Assembly (NCBI GenBank): GCA_964394985.1
Contig: CAYMZK010000004.1
Span: 12,746 to 76,745, forward strand
From: an uncultured Candidatus Saccharibacteria bacterium
GTDB lineage: Bacteria > Patescibacteriota > Minisyncoccia > Minisyncoccales > GWA2-38-27
Length of the DNA: 64,000 nucleotides
Reading direction: 5' to 3'
In this document: positions 52,348-60,580 of the stretch, piece by piece
Layout: every line of letters begins with the position of its first letter
Position numbering within the stretch: position 1 is the stretch's first letter
Notes under the pieces: model-generated
Database searches by the model: none
What the model saw: only the letters and a program-made list of their open reading frames with translations
What the model was told of the DNA's origin: nothing
Program-made: the position numbers and the translations under genes

Positions 52348-53538
52348 ATGAGACAATCAAATCTTTTTTACAAAAGCTTAAAAGAAACACCTAAGGATGC
52401 TGAGGCCATTTCTCACATCCTTTTGTTAAGAGCCGGCTTTATTGATCAAACAGCAGCCGGAATTTTTAGTTTTTTACCTTTAGGATTAAAGGTTTTAAAA
52501 AACATTGAAGAGATTATTAGAGAAGAAATGGAAGCTGTTGGTGGTCAAGAAATTTTAATGCCGGCCTTAACTCCAAAGGAAAATTGGGATAAAACTGGAA
52601 GATGGGACGCTTTTGATGTTTTGTTCAAGTTAAAAGGAGGAAACAAAAAAGAGTATGCTTTGGGTCCAACTCACGAAGAAATAATTTCTCCCTTGGTAAA
52701 AAAACATATTTTATCGTATAAAGACTTGCCTTTTTCTTTGTTTCAAATTCAAACTAAATTTAGAAATGAATTAAGAGCCAAATCCGGGCTTTTAAGAACA
52801 AGAGAGTTTTTAATGAAAGATCTTTATTCTTTTCATATTGACCAGAAAGATCTAGATAACTATTACGAGAAAGTTGCCAAAGTTTACTTTGGGATTTTTA
52901 AAAGATGCGGATTGAAGGTGTATAAGACTCTAGCTTCTGGTGGTAGTTTTTCTAAATATTCTCATGAATATCAGGTAATAACTGGAGCTGGTGAAGATGT
53001 AATTTATCTTTGTGATAAATGCGGAATAGCTATAAACAAAGAAATAAAAGAGAAGAAGTGTCCTGAATGTGGCGGGACTAAATTTAAAGAAACTAAAGGA
53101 ATAGAGGTGGGAAACATTTTCAAATTAAAAGATAAATATTCTCTTCCTTTCCAACTAACCTTTAAAGACAAAGATGGTAAAGAAAAACCAGTTTTAATGG
53201 GTTGTTATGGAATTGGTCTAAGTCGAGTATTAGCCGCTATAGTTGAAACCAATAATGATGAGAATGGAATTATTTGGCCAAAAGAAGTAGCTCCTTTTGA
53301 TATTCATTTAATTTCTTTGAATAACATTAAGGCCGATAAAATTTATTCTAAATTAATTAAAGAAGGAAAAAGAGTGTTATACGATGATAGAAAAGAAGTT
53401 AGCGCTGGTCAAAAATTAGCCGAAGCTGATTTAATTGGAATTCCGGAAAGATGGGTGGTGAGCAAGAAGACTTTAGCTAAAAAATCAGTTGAAATTAAAA
53501 AAAGAAATCAAAAGAAAGTAAAATTGACAAAGATCTAG
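52348..53538 (+). CDS. proS: prolyl-tRNA synthetase, bacterial-type N-terminus, INS editing domain absent (396 aa)
   Basis: MRQSNLFYKSLKETPKDAE aligns to ProRS MRTSQYLLSTLKETPADAE. FRNELRAKSGLLRTREFLMKDLYSF. A CDKC...CPEC knuckle sits where INS normally lies. The track start at 52315 lies in the repeat. Confidence 0.9.
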   Translation: MRQSNLFYKSLKETPKDAEAISHILLLRAGFIDQTAAGIFSFLPLGLKVLKNIEEIIREEMEAVGGQEILMPALTPKENWDKTGRWDAFDVLFKLKGGNKKEYALGPTHEEIISPLVKKHILSYKDLPFSLFQIQTKFRNELRAKSGLLRTREFLMKDLYSFHIDQKDLDNYYEKVAKVYFGIFKRCGLKVYKTLASGGSFSKYSHEYQVITGAGEDVIYLCDKCGIAINKEIKEKKCPECGGTKFKETKGIEVGNIFKLKDKYSLPFQLTFKDKDGKEKPVLMGCYGIGLSRVLAAIVETNNDENGIIWPKEVAPFDIHLISLNNIKADKIYSKLIKEGKRVLYDDRKEVSAGQKLAEADLIGIPERWVVSKKTLAKKSVEIKKRNQKKVKLTKI

Positions 53539-53559
53539 GTTAAAAGTTATAATTAACTT

Positions 53560-53919
53560 ATGACAAACGACTTTTCAGAATTAATAGAATATTTAGATCA
53601 AAAATTCTCTAAAATAGACGAGAGGTTTTCTAAAATAGACGAGAGGTTTTCTAAAATAGACGAGAGGTTTTCTAGGATAGATAACAAGTTATCTGGTATA
53701 GATGGCAGGCTTTTTTCTTTGGAATCTAAAGTAGAAGATCTTCAAGAGACTAAAGCGGATAAAGAAGATGTTAATAATTTATTAAACGCTGTTGATGCTT
53801 ACGCTAAAAAATCAGATACTTATTTTCAAGAAATGACAATGCTATCTCATAAAGTAGATCGTCATGAAAGGTGGTTTCAACAAGTAGCTCAAAAGTTAGA
53901 CATTAAGCTTGAACACTAA
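53560..53919 (+). CDS. coiled-coil protein with tandem heptad repeat FSKIDER
   Basis: Three near-perfect 21-nt units at 53605-53667 plus two degenerate units extending to 53709. The remainder is helical. Confidence 0.6.
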   Translation: MTNDFSELIEYLDQKFSKIDERFSKIDERFSKIDERFSRIDNKLSGIDGRLFSLESKVEDLQETKADKEDVNNLLNAVDAYAKKSDTYFQEMTMLSHKVDRHERWFQQVAQKLDIKLEH

Positions 53920-53922
53920 TTT

Positions 53923-53951
53923 CTCCAGAGGCTAGGCCTCTGGAGTTTTTT
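53923..53951 (+). terminator. rho-independent terminator
   Basis: CTCCAGAGGC-TAG-GCCTCTGGAG followed by T6. Confidence 0.85.
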
Positions 53952-54000
53952 CTTGCTTGAAAAAAGAGTTTCTGCTAAGATAAATTATAACCCTTAATTT

Positions 54001-55053
54001 ATGTTAGATAAACTTTTTTCATATATTTCTCATAATATTGCTATAGACTTAGGAACTGCCAACTCTCTTGTCTATGTTCAAGGCAAGGGCATCGTCATAA
54101 ATGAGCCCTCCGTTGTTGCCGTAAACCAAAAAACAGGACAGGTTTTGGCTATTGGTGAAGAGGCTAAAAGAATGGTTGGCAGAACACCAGCTCATATTGT
54201 CGCTACTCGTCCTTTGGTGGATGGTGTGGTTTCAGACTTTGAAGTTACTGAGCAAATGCTTAAATACTTTATTGAAAAAGTTCACAAAAGAAAGTTTCTT
54301 TTAGGTCCTCGGCCAAGAGTTATTGTTGGAATACCTTATGGCGTTACCGAAGTAGAAAAAAAGGCTGTAAAGGACGCAGCTAGAAATGCTGGAGCCAGGG
54401 AGGTGTTTTTAATTGAAGAGCCGATGGCGGCAGCCATTGGCTCTCGACTAGCAGTTCAAGAAGCTGGTGGTAATTTCATAATTGATATTGGAGGAGGAAC
54501 AACCGAGGTCGCTGTTATTTCTCTTGGAGGAGTAGTTTTGGCTAAGAGCTTAAGAGTGGCTGGCGATAAGTTAAATGAGGACATCGTTCGTTTTGCTCAA
54601 AACGAGTATAAGTTGCTGATTGGTGAAAGAGCGGCAGAAAGTGCTAAAATAGGAATAGGATCGGCTTATCCTTTAAAAGAAAAAAGAGAATTACCATTAA
54701 GGGGTAGAAATATTGTTACTGGTTTGCCAGAAGAAATTTTAGTCAATGACGAAGGAATTAGAAAGGCGATGCAAAAGTCAGTTAAGCAAATAGTTACGGC
54801 AATAAAAACTACTGTTGAAGAAACTCCACCAGAACTGTTGGCTGATATTATGGCCAAGGGAATCTTTTTGTGTGGCGGTGGCAGCCTTTTGAAAGGATTA
54901 GATATTTTAATTCAAGAAGAGGTTAAGATTCCAGTTAAAATTATTGAAGATCCAATGACGGCGGTGGTTAGAGGAGCTGGGGTGGTTTTAGAAAATATCG
55001 ATCAGTTATCAGAAACCTTAACTGAAACCGAGGAATTAGCTCCTCCTAAATAA
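54001..55053 (+). CDS. mreB: rod-shape protein MreB (paralog 2)
   Basis: IAIDLGTANS...DGVVSDF...IDIGGGTTEVAVISLGG...CGGGSLL. Confidence 0.92.
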   Translation: MLDKLFSYISHNIAIDLGTANSLVYVQGKGIVINEPSVVAVNQKTGQVLAIGEEAKRMVGRTPAHIVATRPLVDGVVSDFEVTEQMLKYFIEKVHKRKFLLGPRPRVIVGIPYGVTEVEKKAVKDAARNAGAREVFLIEEPMAAAIGSRLAVQEAGGNFIIDIGGGTTEVAVISLGGVVLAKSLRVAGDKLNEDIVRFAQNEYKLLIGERAAESAKIGIGSAYPLKEKRELPLRGRNIVTGLPEEILVNDEGIRKAMQKSVKQIVTAIKTTVEETPPELLADIMAKGIFLCGGGSLLKGLDILIQEEVKIPVKIIEDPMTAVVRGAGVVLENIDQLSETLTETEELAPPK

Positions 55054-55070
55054 CAAAATAAATAATTATT

Positions 55071-55364
55071 ATGATTGGCAAAGAAGAAGTTAAACATATT
55101 GCCAAATTGGCTCGTCTGGGAATATCTTCCCAAGAAGAGAAAAAGTTTCAAAAAGATCTTTCTTCTATCTTAGATTACATTGACTCTTTAAACAAAGCTG
55201 ACGTTTCTGGAGTTAATCCGCTTTATCATCCGATGGAAGAGTTTTTTGATGAAAATGTGACCAGAGAAGATATTGATCAAGAACAAGAAATAGCTGATAA
55301 GTTGATTGAATCGGCTCCGGATAAAAAGAAAAGATATATTAAAGTAAAATCTATACTAAAATAA
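55071..55364 (+). CDS. gatC: Asp/Glu-tRNA amidotransferase subunit C
   Basis: [31 protein letters not shown]...D. Confidence 0.9.
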   Translation: MIGKEEVKHIAKLARLGISSQEEKKFQKDLSSILDYIDSLNKADVSGVNPLYHPMEEFFDENVTREDIDQEQEIADKLIESAPDKKKRYIKVKSILK

Positions 55365-56752
55365 TGGATTTAAATTTAACCATTAAAGAAGCTCATGATA
55401 AGTTGAAAAAGAAGGAATTTACTGCTTTTGAATTAACAAAAGCTTTTTTAGATAGAATTGAAAAAGAGGACGATCAAATAAATGCCTTTTTAACCGTAGA
55501 TAGAGAAGGGGCTCTAGAGCAAGCCAAGCAAGCAGATAAAAGGATTATGAAGGGCGATATGGGGGTTTTGACTGGGATGCCGGTAGCGATTAAAGATAAT
55601 ATGTTAGTTAAAGGATTAAAAAACACTTGCGCTTCTAAGATTTTAGAAAACTATATTGCTCCTTATAATGCTACGGTAATTGAGAAGTTTAAAAAAGAAG
55701 GAGCTATTATTTTAGGCAAAACTAATTTAGATGAATTTGCTATGGGCTCTTCAACAGAGAATTCTGCCTTTGGAGTTACTAAAAATCCCCATGATCGAGA
55801 AAGAGTTCCTGGTGGTAGTTCTGGAGGGTCAGCGGCAGCTGTTGCTCATAATTTTTGCGTGTTTGCTCTTGGGTCAGATACAGGCGGTTCAATCAGGCAA
55901 CCAGCTAGTTTTTGTGGAATAGTGGGTCTAAAGCCAACCTATGGAGCAGTTTCTCGTTATGGATTAGTGGCTTTTGCTTCTTCTTTTGATCAAATAGGAC
56001 CAATGACCAAAACAGCTCAAGATGCTCAGATTGTTTTTGAAACTATTAGTGGTCAAGATCCTAAAGATTCAACTAGTCTAGAGCCAAAAATTCAAAATTC
56101 AAAATTCAAAATTCAAAATTTACGCATAGGAGTGCCTAAAGAATATTTTGAGGGAGATTTTGAAACTAAGTCAGGAATATTAAAATCATTAGAGCTAGCC
56201 AAAGCTAAAGGAGCTCAGATAGTAGATATTAGTTTGCCGAATACTAAATACGCTCTATCTTCATATTATATTCTTACTCCTTCTGAGGCCTCAGCTAATT
56301 TATCCAGATATGACGGAATAAAGTTTGGCTTGTCTGAAGAGGGTAAAGATTTAATGGATGTTTATTTAAATACTAAAGAAAAAGGATTTGGTGCTGAAGT
56401 TAAAAGAAGAATTATGATTGGAACTTATGCCTTGTCTTCCGGATACTATGATGCCTATTATTTAAAAGCGCAAAAAGTAAGGAGTTTAATTAAACAAGAC
56501 TTTCAAAAAGCTCTTGAGAAAGTAGACATTATTGTTACTCCGACTACTCCGACTAAAGCCTTTAAAATAGGAGAAAAGATGGATCCTCTTTCAATGTATC
56601 TTTCAGACATTTTCACTGTTTCGGCTAATTTGGCGGGACTGCCTGCTGTTTCAATTCCTATTGATTCCGATGATCTTCCAATTGGTTTGCAAATTATTGG
56701 AAAACCCTTTGAAGAGAAGGGGATTTTAGAAATAGCTAAAATGTATGAATAA
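55364..56752 (+). CDS. gatA: Asp/Glu-tRNA amidotransferase subunit A
   Basis: Amidase signature [12 protein letters not shown]...[16 protein letters not shown]. Contains the AAAATTC heptamer repeat at 56087-56121. Confidence 0.95.
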   Translation: MDLNLTIKEAHDKLKKKEFTAFELTKAFLDRIEKEDDQINAFLTVDREGALEQAKQADKRIMKGDMGVLTGMPVAIKDNMLVKGLKNTCASKILENYIAPYNATVIEKFKKEGAIILGKTNLDEFAMGSSTENSAFGVTKNPHDRERVPGGSSGGSAAAVAHNFCVFALGSDTGGSIRQPASFCGIVGLKPTYGAVSRYGLVAFASSFDQIGPMTKTAQDAQIVFETISGQDPKDSTSLEPKIQNSKFKIQNLRIGVPKEYFEGDFETKSGILKSLELAKAKGAQIVDISLPNTKYALSSYYILTPSEASANLSRYDGIKFGLSEEGKDLMDVYLNTKEKGFGAEVKRRIMIGTYALSSGYYDAYYLKAQKVRSLIKQDFQKALEKVDIIVTPTTPTKAFKIGEKMDPLSMYLSDIFTVSANLAGLPAVSIPIDSDDLPIGLQIIGKPFEEKGILEIAKMYE

Positions 56753-57287
56753 GATTTATCAGTTAGCAGATCTCTCAACTATTTATTATGCTAATTTTTT
56801 AGAAATAATAAATTCTCAAAACTTTATTTTTTTTCTAAAGGCCATTTTTTTAATTATTAGTTTATTGCTTTTGATATTAATTGCTGTTCTTTTTAAAAAA
56901 ACAAAATGGTTTAAAGATATTTATGGTGAAAACTTAGTGGAATTTGTGGCTAGTAGACCTTATGGGGTTCAAAAGACTTTTAAAGATTGGGGAAAGATTG
57001 TTAGTAGAATCAAGGGGGAGAAAGAAGAAGATTACAAAATGGCTATTATTGAAGCCGATGACTTATTAAAAGAAATTCTTTTAAAGATGAACTTTAAGGG
57101 AGAAACTATGAACGATCTTTTATCTCAAGTAGATGAAAAGAGTTTGCCTAGTATTGAAGATGTTTATTATGCTCATGGACTTCGTAATAATATAGTTCAT
57201 AATCCTGATTATGATTTGAATATAGATCATGCCAAGAAGTCCTTGAAGATCTATGAACAAGCCTTCCGTGACCTTCAATTATTTTAG
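56745..57287 (+). CDS. hypothetical membrane protein
   Basis: One TM helix followed by a helical cytoplasmic domain. No family recognised. Confidence 0.5.
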   Translation: MNKIYQLADLSTIYYANFLEIINSQNFIFFLKAIFLIISLLLLILIAVLFKKTKWFKDIYGENLVEFVASRPYGVQKTFKDWGKIVSRIKGEKEEDYKMAIIEADDLLKEILLKMNFKGETMNDLLSQVDEKSLPSIEDVYYAHGLRNNIVHNPDYDLNIDHAKKSLKIYEQAFRDLQLF

Positions 57288-57296
57288 AGAACTCTA

Positions 57297-57470
57297 TCTA
57301 GGTTCAGATACATATGATACGCTCAGTTAATTTATTACGTTTGGTAACTGGGTTGCTCGGCTTGGCCGAGCAACCCTGGGACTATTTTTAGTATGAAGGT
57401 TGAACCTTCATATATTGTGCTTCAAGGGTCTTTTGGTGTATCATATCATATGGACCACCAGTACAAGAAC
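57297..57470 (+). repeat. modular multi-hairpin intergenic element, short copy (type B)
   Basis: Collinear with 18319-18628 minus three inserted modules. Closing helix CATATGATAC (57311-57320) / GTATCATAT (57438-57446). Confidence 0.85.
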
Positions 57471-57499
57471 TTGAGTTTTTTTCTTTAATATACTATAAT
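57471..57499 (+). promoter_or_regulatory. tRNA-operon promoter (TTGAGT-17-TATAAT)
   Basis: TTGAGT at 57471-57476 and TATAAT at 57494-57499. The first tRNA nucleotide lies about 6 nt downstream. Confidence 0.7.
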
Positions 57500-57504
57500 G
57501 GTTG

Positions 57505-57575
57505 TGCGGGGTGGAGAAGTAGTATCTTGTGAGGCCCATAACCTCAAGACGCGGGTGCAATTCCCGCCCCCGCAA
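57505..57575 (+). tRNA. tRNA-Met(CAT), initiator-like, with atypical D- and T-loops; no encoded CCA
   Basis: Cloverleaf folded by hand. Acceptor TGCGGGG/CCCCGCA, D-stem GAGA/TCTT (A11:T24), anticodon loop CCCATAA, T-arm GCGGG-TGCAATT-CCCGC. Resembles E. coli tRNA-fMet ends (CGCGGGGTGGAG...CCCCCGCAA). Confidence 0.7.
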
Positions 57576-57584
57576 CAAGCATGA

Positions 57585-57656
57585 GCCGGTGTAGCTCAGT
57601 GGTAGAGCAGCGGGATCATAATCCGCGTGTCGGGGGTTCAATTCCCTCCATCGGCA
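57585..57656 (+). tRNA. tRNA with CAT anticodon (elongator Met or Ile2/lysidine type); no encoded CCA
   Basis: GCCGGTG-TA-GCTC-AGTGGTA-GAGC-A-GCGGG-ATCATAA-TCCGC-GTGTC-GGGGG-TTCAATT-CCCTC-CATCGGC-A. Confidence 0.85.
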
Positions 57657-57665
57657 CTTTATTTT

Positions 57666-57742
57666 GGGGGCGTAGATCAATTGGTTAGATCATTTCCCTG
57701 TCACGGAAAAGGTTGCCGGTTCGAGTCCGGTCGCTCCCGCCA
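57666..57742 (+). tRNA. tRNA-Asp(GTC) with encoded CCA
   Basis: GGGGGCG-TA-GATC-AATTGGTTA-GATC-A-TTTCC-CTGTCAC-GGAAA-AGGTT-GCCGG-TTCGAGT-CCGGT-CGCTCCC-G-CCA. Confidence 0.9.
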
Positions 57743-57750
57743 GAAAAAGA

Positions 57751-57780
57751 AGCTGTCTGTTCAAACAGGCAGCTTTTTTA
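57751..57780 (+). terminator. rho-independent terminator of the tRNA operon
   Basis: AGCTGTCTGT-TCAA-ACAGGCAGCT followed by T6. Confidence 0.85.
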
Positions 57781-57836
57781 TTAACATTTCAGGGATTGAA
57801 TTAAAGTATAATTTAGGGTAAAATAAAGGTATAGTT

Positions 57837-58628
57837 ATGAAAAAGAAGCCACTTAAAATTAGTACTAGAAGTGATTTATTTGATATTACTGTTCCTGGAG
57901 AAAAACAAGAAACAGGAACTCTGCATCCCTTAACTTATATTAGAAGAACCGTTGAAGATATTTTTAGATCAATGGGTTTTGCTATTGTTGAAGGTCCTCA
58001 AATTGAAAATGAATGGTATAATTTTGATGCTTTAAATATTCCTAAAGATCATCCGGCTAGAGATATGTGGGATACTTTTTGGCTTAAAGATGGAAGATTA
58101 TTAAGAACTCATACTTCTCCGGTTCAAATTAGGTTTATGGAAAATCATCAGCCCCCTTTCAGAATAGTTGCTCCAGGGAGAATCTTTAGACATGAAGCTA
58201 CTGATGCTAGCCACGAAACTAATTTTTATCAAATGGAAGGGTTGATGGTTGGAAAAGATATTTCAGCTTCTAATTTTAAGGCAATGATTCAAGAGTTCTT
58301 GTCTAAGTTTTTTAATAGCAAAATAGATATTCGTTTAAGGCCAAGCTTTTTTCCTTTTACCGAACCAAGTTTTGAAGTTGATATTTCTTGTTTGGTTTGT
58401 AATGGTAAGGGTTGTAGTGTTTGTTCTAAGACTGGTTGGCTAGAGTTGATGGGAGCTGGTATGGTCCATCCTAATGTTTTAAAAAATAGTGGAATTAATT
58501 CTAAGAAATGGCAGGGATTTGCTTTTGGAGTTGGAATGGATAGATTGGCAATGATGAAATACAAAATAGATGATATTAGATTGCTCTATTCCGGGGATTT
58601 AAGATTTTTAAAACAATTTAGAAAATGA
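57837..58628 (+). CDS. pheS: phenylalanyl-tRNA synthetase alpha subunit (short, catalytic core only)
   Basis: HPLTYIRR...FDALNIPKDHPARDMWDTF...LRTHTSPVQIR...FRHEATDASH...FFPFTEPS...GAGMVHPNV. Confidence 0.93.
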   Translation: MKKKPLKISTRSDLFDITVPGEKQETGTLHPLTYIRRTVEDIFRSMGFAIVEGPQIENEWYNFDALNIPKDHPARDMWDTFWLKDGRLLRTHTSPVQIRFMENHQPPFRIVAPGRIFRHEATDASHETNFYQMEGLMVGKDISASNFKAMIQEFLSKFFNSKIDIRLRPSFFPFTEPSFEVDISCLVCNGKGCSVCSKTGWLELMGAGMVHPNVLKNSGINSKKWQGFAFGVGMDRLAMMKYKIDDIRLLYSGDLRFLKQFRK

Positions 58629-60580
58629 AGTTTTCGTATAATTGGTTAAAAGAATATGTTGATTTGCCTAAACCAAAAGAGTTGGTTGAGCTTTTAACTA
58701 TGCATGCTTTTGAAGTGGAAGGAGTAGAAAAGATAAAAGGTGATTATGTTTTAGATATTGATGTCTTGCCAAATAGAGGGTCAGATTGTTTTTCTTGTAT
58801 CGGTATGGCTAGAGAGATTTCAGCAATTACTAATAAAAAGCTTAAATTGACTAATTCTAAAGTAAAAGAAAGCAGTAAATCATACGCTAAAGATTTGGTT
58901 TCGGTTTATGTTAAAGAAAAGAATCTTTGTGATCGATATTCAGCCAGAGTGGTTTTAGATGTGAAAGTTAAAGAATCGCCTAAAAAAATTAAAGATTATT
59001 TAATTGCTTGTGGTCTAAAACCGATTAACAACATTGTTGATTTAACTAATTATGTTATGCTTGAAACTGGCCAACCTCTACATGCTTTTGATTTGGATAA
59101 AATAGAAGGGGAGAGGATCTTTGTTAGAAAAGCTAATAAAAAAGAAAAGATTACTAGTCTAGATAACAAAGAGTATGTCTTAAATGAAGGTATTTTAGTT
59201 ATAGCTGACAATAAAGAACCTCTGGCTATTGCTGGAATTAAGGGCGGTAAAAAGGCAGAAATAGACAAAAATACTAAAAGAATTGTGGTGGAATCAGCTA
59301 ATTTTAAGCCTAGCTTAATTCGTCAAACTTCAAAAGAGATTAATTTAAAAACTGATGCTTCTTGGAGGTTTGAGCATAAAATTGATCCCGACTTAACTTC
59401 TATTGCCCTAGATCGTTTTGCTAGCTTGGTTGATGGCGAAGTTTCTAAGGGGATAGTTGATATATATAACTTTAAGAATAAACCAAGAAAGATAAAGTTA
59501 AATATGGATTATGCCCGAGACTTATTAGGGCTTGATATTAACAAAAAAGATGTTTTAGATATTTTAAAAAGATTAGGATTTAAATATTCTAATGGTTTTG
59601 TCACTGTGCCGGAATTTAGATTAGATATTAATATAGAAGAAGATCTAATAGAGGAAATTGGCCGACTTTATGGTTATGAAAAAATTCCTTCCGTTTTCCC
59701 AATTGCCTTATTATCGCCACCAGAAAGAAACCCTAATATTTATTGGCAAAACTTTATCAAAAATACCTTGAAAGAACTTGGTTTTTCAGAAGTATATAAT
59801 TATTCTTTTGTTAGGGAGGCTAAACTTTTTGGGGGAGCAATTGAGCTAGAAAATCCAATTAGTTCTGAGCAAAAATACTTAAGGCCAAGTTTAATTTCTA
59901 ATTTGTTAAAGAATGTTGAGACTAATTTTAAGTATTTTGATCAGTTTAAAATTTTTGAACTAGGAAAAATCTTTACTAATAAGGGAGAAAAAAATATGCT
60001 TTCAGGTTTAGTAGCTAAGAAAAATCCAAGTAAGCAAGATTTTTATTACCTAAAAGGGGTGATTGATTCTTTGTTAAATAAAATAGGGATAACAGATATT
60101 TATTATGATGATTATAAGCCGACTCCAGAAGATAGCAGTCTTTCTATTTGGAACCAAAAAGAAATAGCTGAAATTCAGGCCAATGGAAAAGAAATTGGTT
60201 TTATTGGTAGGATTGGCAAGGCGGTTCTCTTTGATATTGATTTTGATTTGCTTCAAAAACTTAGTTCTGAAGAAAATATTTATCAACCAATTTCTCAATA
60301 TCCATCTGCGGTAAGAGATATAGCCGTTTTAGTTCCGCTAGAAATAAAAGTAGTTGAGGTTATGAATTTAATTAATAGTGTTGAGCCAAAATTAATTAAA
60401 GACATTGATTTGTTTGATATTTATGAAGGAGAAGGAATTCCAGGTGGAATGAAGAACTTGGCTTTTCATATTATCTATCAAGCCGAAGATAGAACCTTAA
60501 GTTCCTCCGAGGTTAATAAGTTACAAGACAAAATAATTAAAGCTTTAGAGCAAAAATCACAATGGCAGGTAAGAAAATAG
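58625..60580 (+). CDS. pheT: phenylalanyl-tRNA synthetase beta subunit (no N-terminal tRNA-binding domain evident)
   Basis: MKFSYNWLKEYVDL. B3/4 and B5 regions, then the C-terminal FDX-ACB-like AFHIIYQAEDRTL. Confidence 0.9.
   Translation: MKFSYNWLKEYVDLPKPKELVELLTMHAFEVEGVEKIKGDYVLDIDVLPNRGSDCFSCIGMAREISAITNKKLKLTNSKVKESSKSYAKDLVSVYVKEKNLCDRYSARVVLDVKVKESPKKIKDYLIACGLKPINNIVDLTNYVMLETGQPLHAFDLDKIEGERIFVRKANKKEKITSLDNKEYVLNEGILVIADNKEPLAIAGIKGGKKAEIDKNTKRIVVESANFKPSLIRQTSKEINLKTDASWRFEHKIDPDLTSIALDRFASLVDGEVSKGIVDIYNFKNKPRKIKLNMDYARDLLGLDINKKDVLDILKRLGFKYSNGFVTVPEFRLDINIEEDLIEEIGRLYGYEKIPSVFPIALLSPPERNPNIYWQNFIKNTLKELGFSEVYNYSFVREAKLFGGAIELENPISSEQKYLRPSLISNLLKNVETNFKYFDQFKIFELGKIFTNKGEKNMLSGLVAKKNPSKQDFYYLKGVIDSLLNKIGITDIYYDDYKPTPEDSSLSIWNQKEIAEIQANGKEIGFIGRIGKAVLFDIDFDLLQKLSSEENIYQPISQYPSAVRDIAVLVPLEIKVVEVMNLINSVEPKLIKDIDLFDIYEGEGIPGGMKNLAFHIIYQAEDRTLSSSEVNKLQDKIIKALEQKSQWQVRK

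Noticed and set aside
57441-57821. ORFs 57441-57680 (-) and 57627-57821 (+)
   Set aside because: They overlap three hand-folded tRNAs and the operon terminator, so they are spurious.
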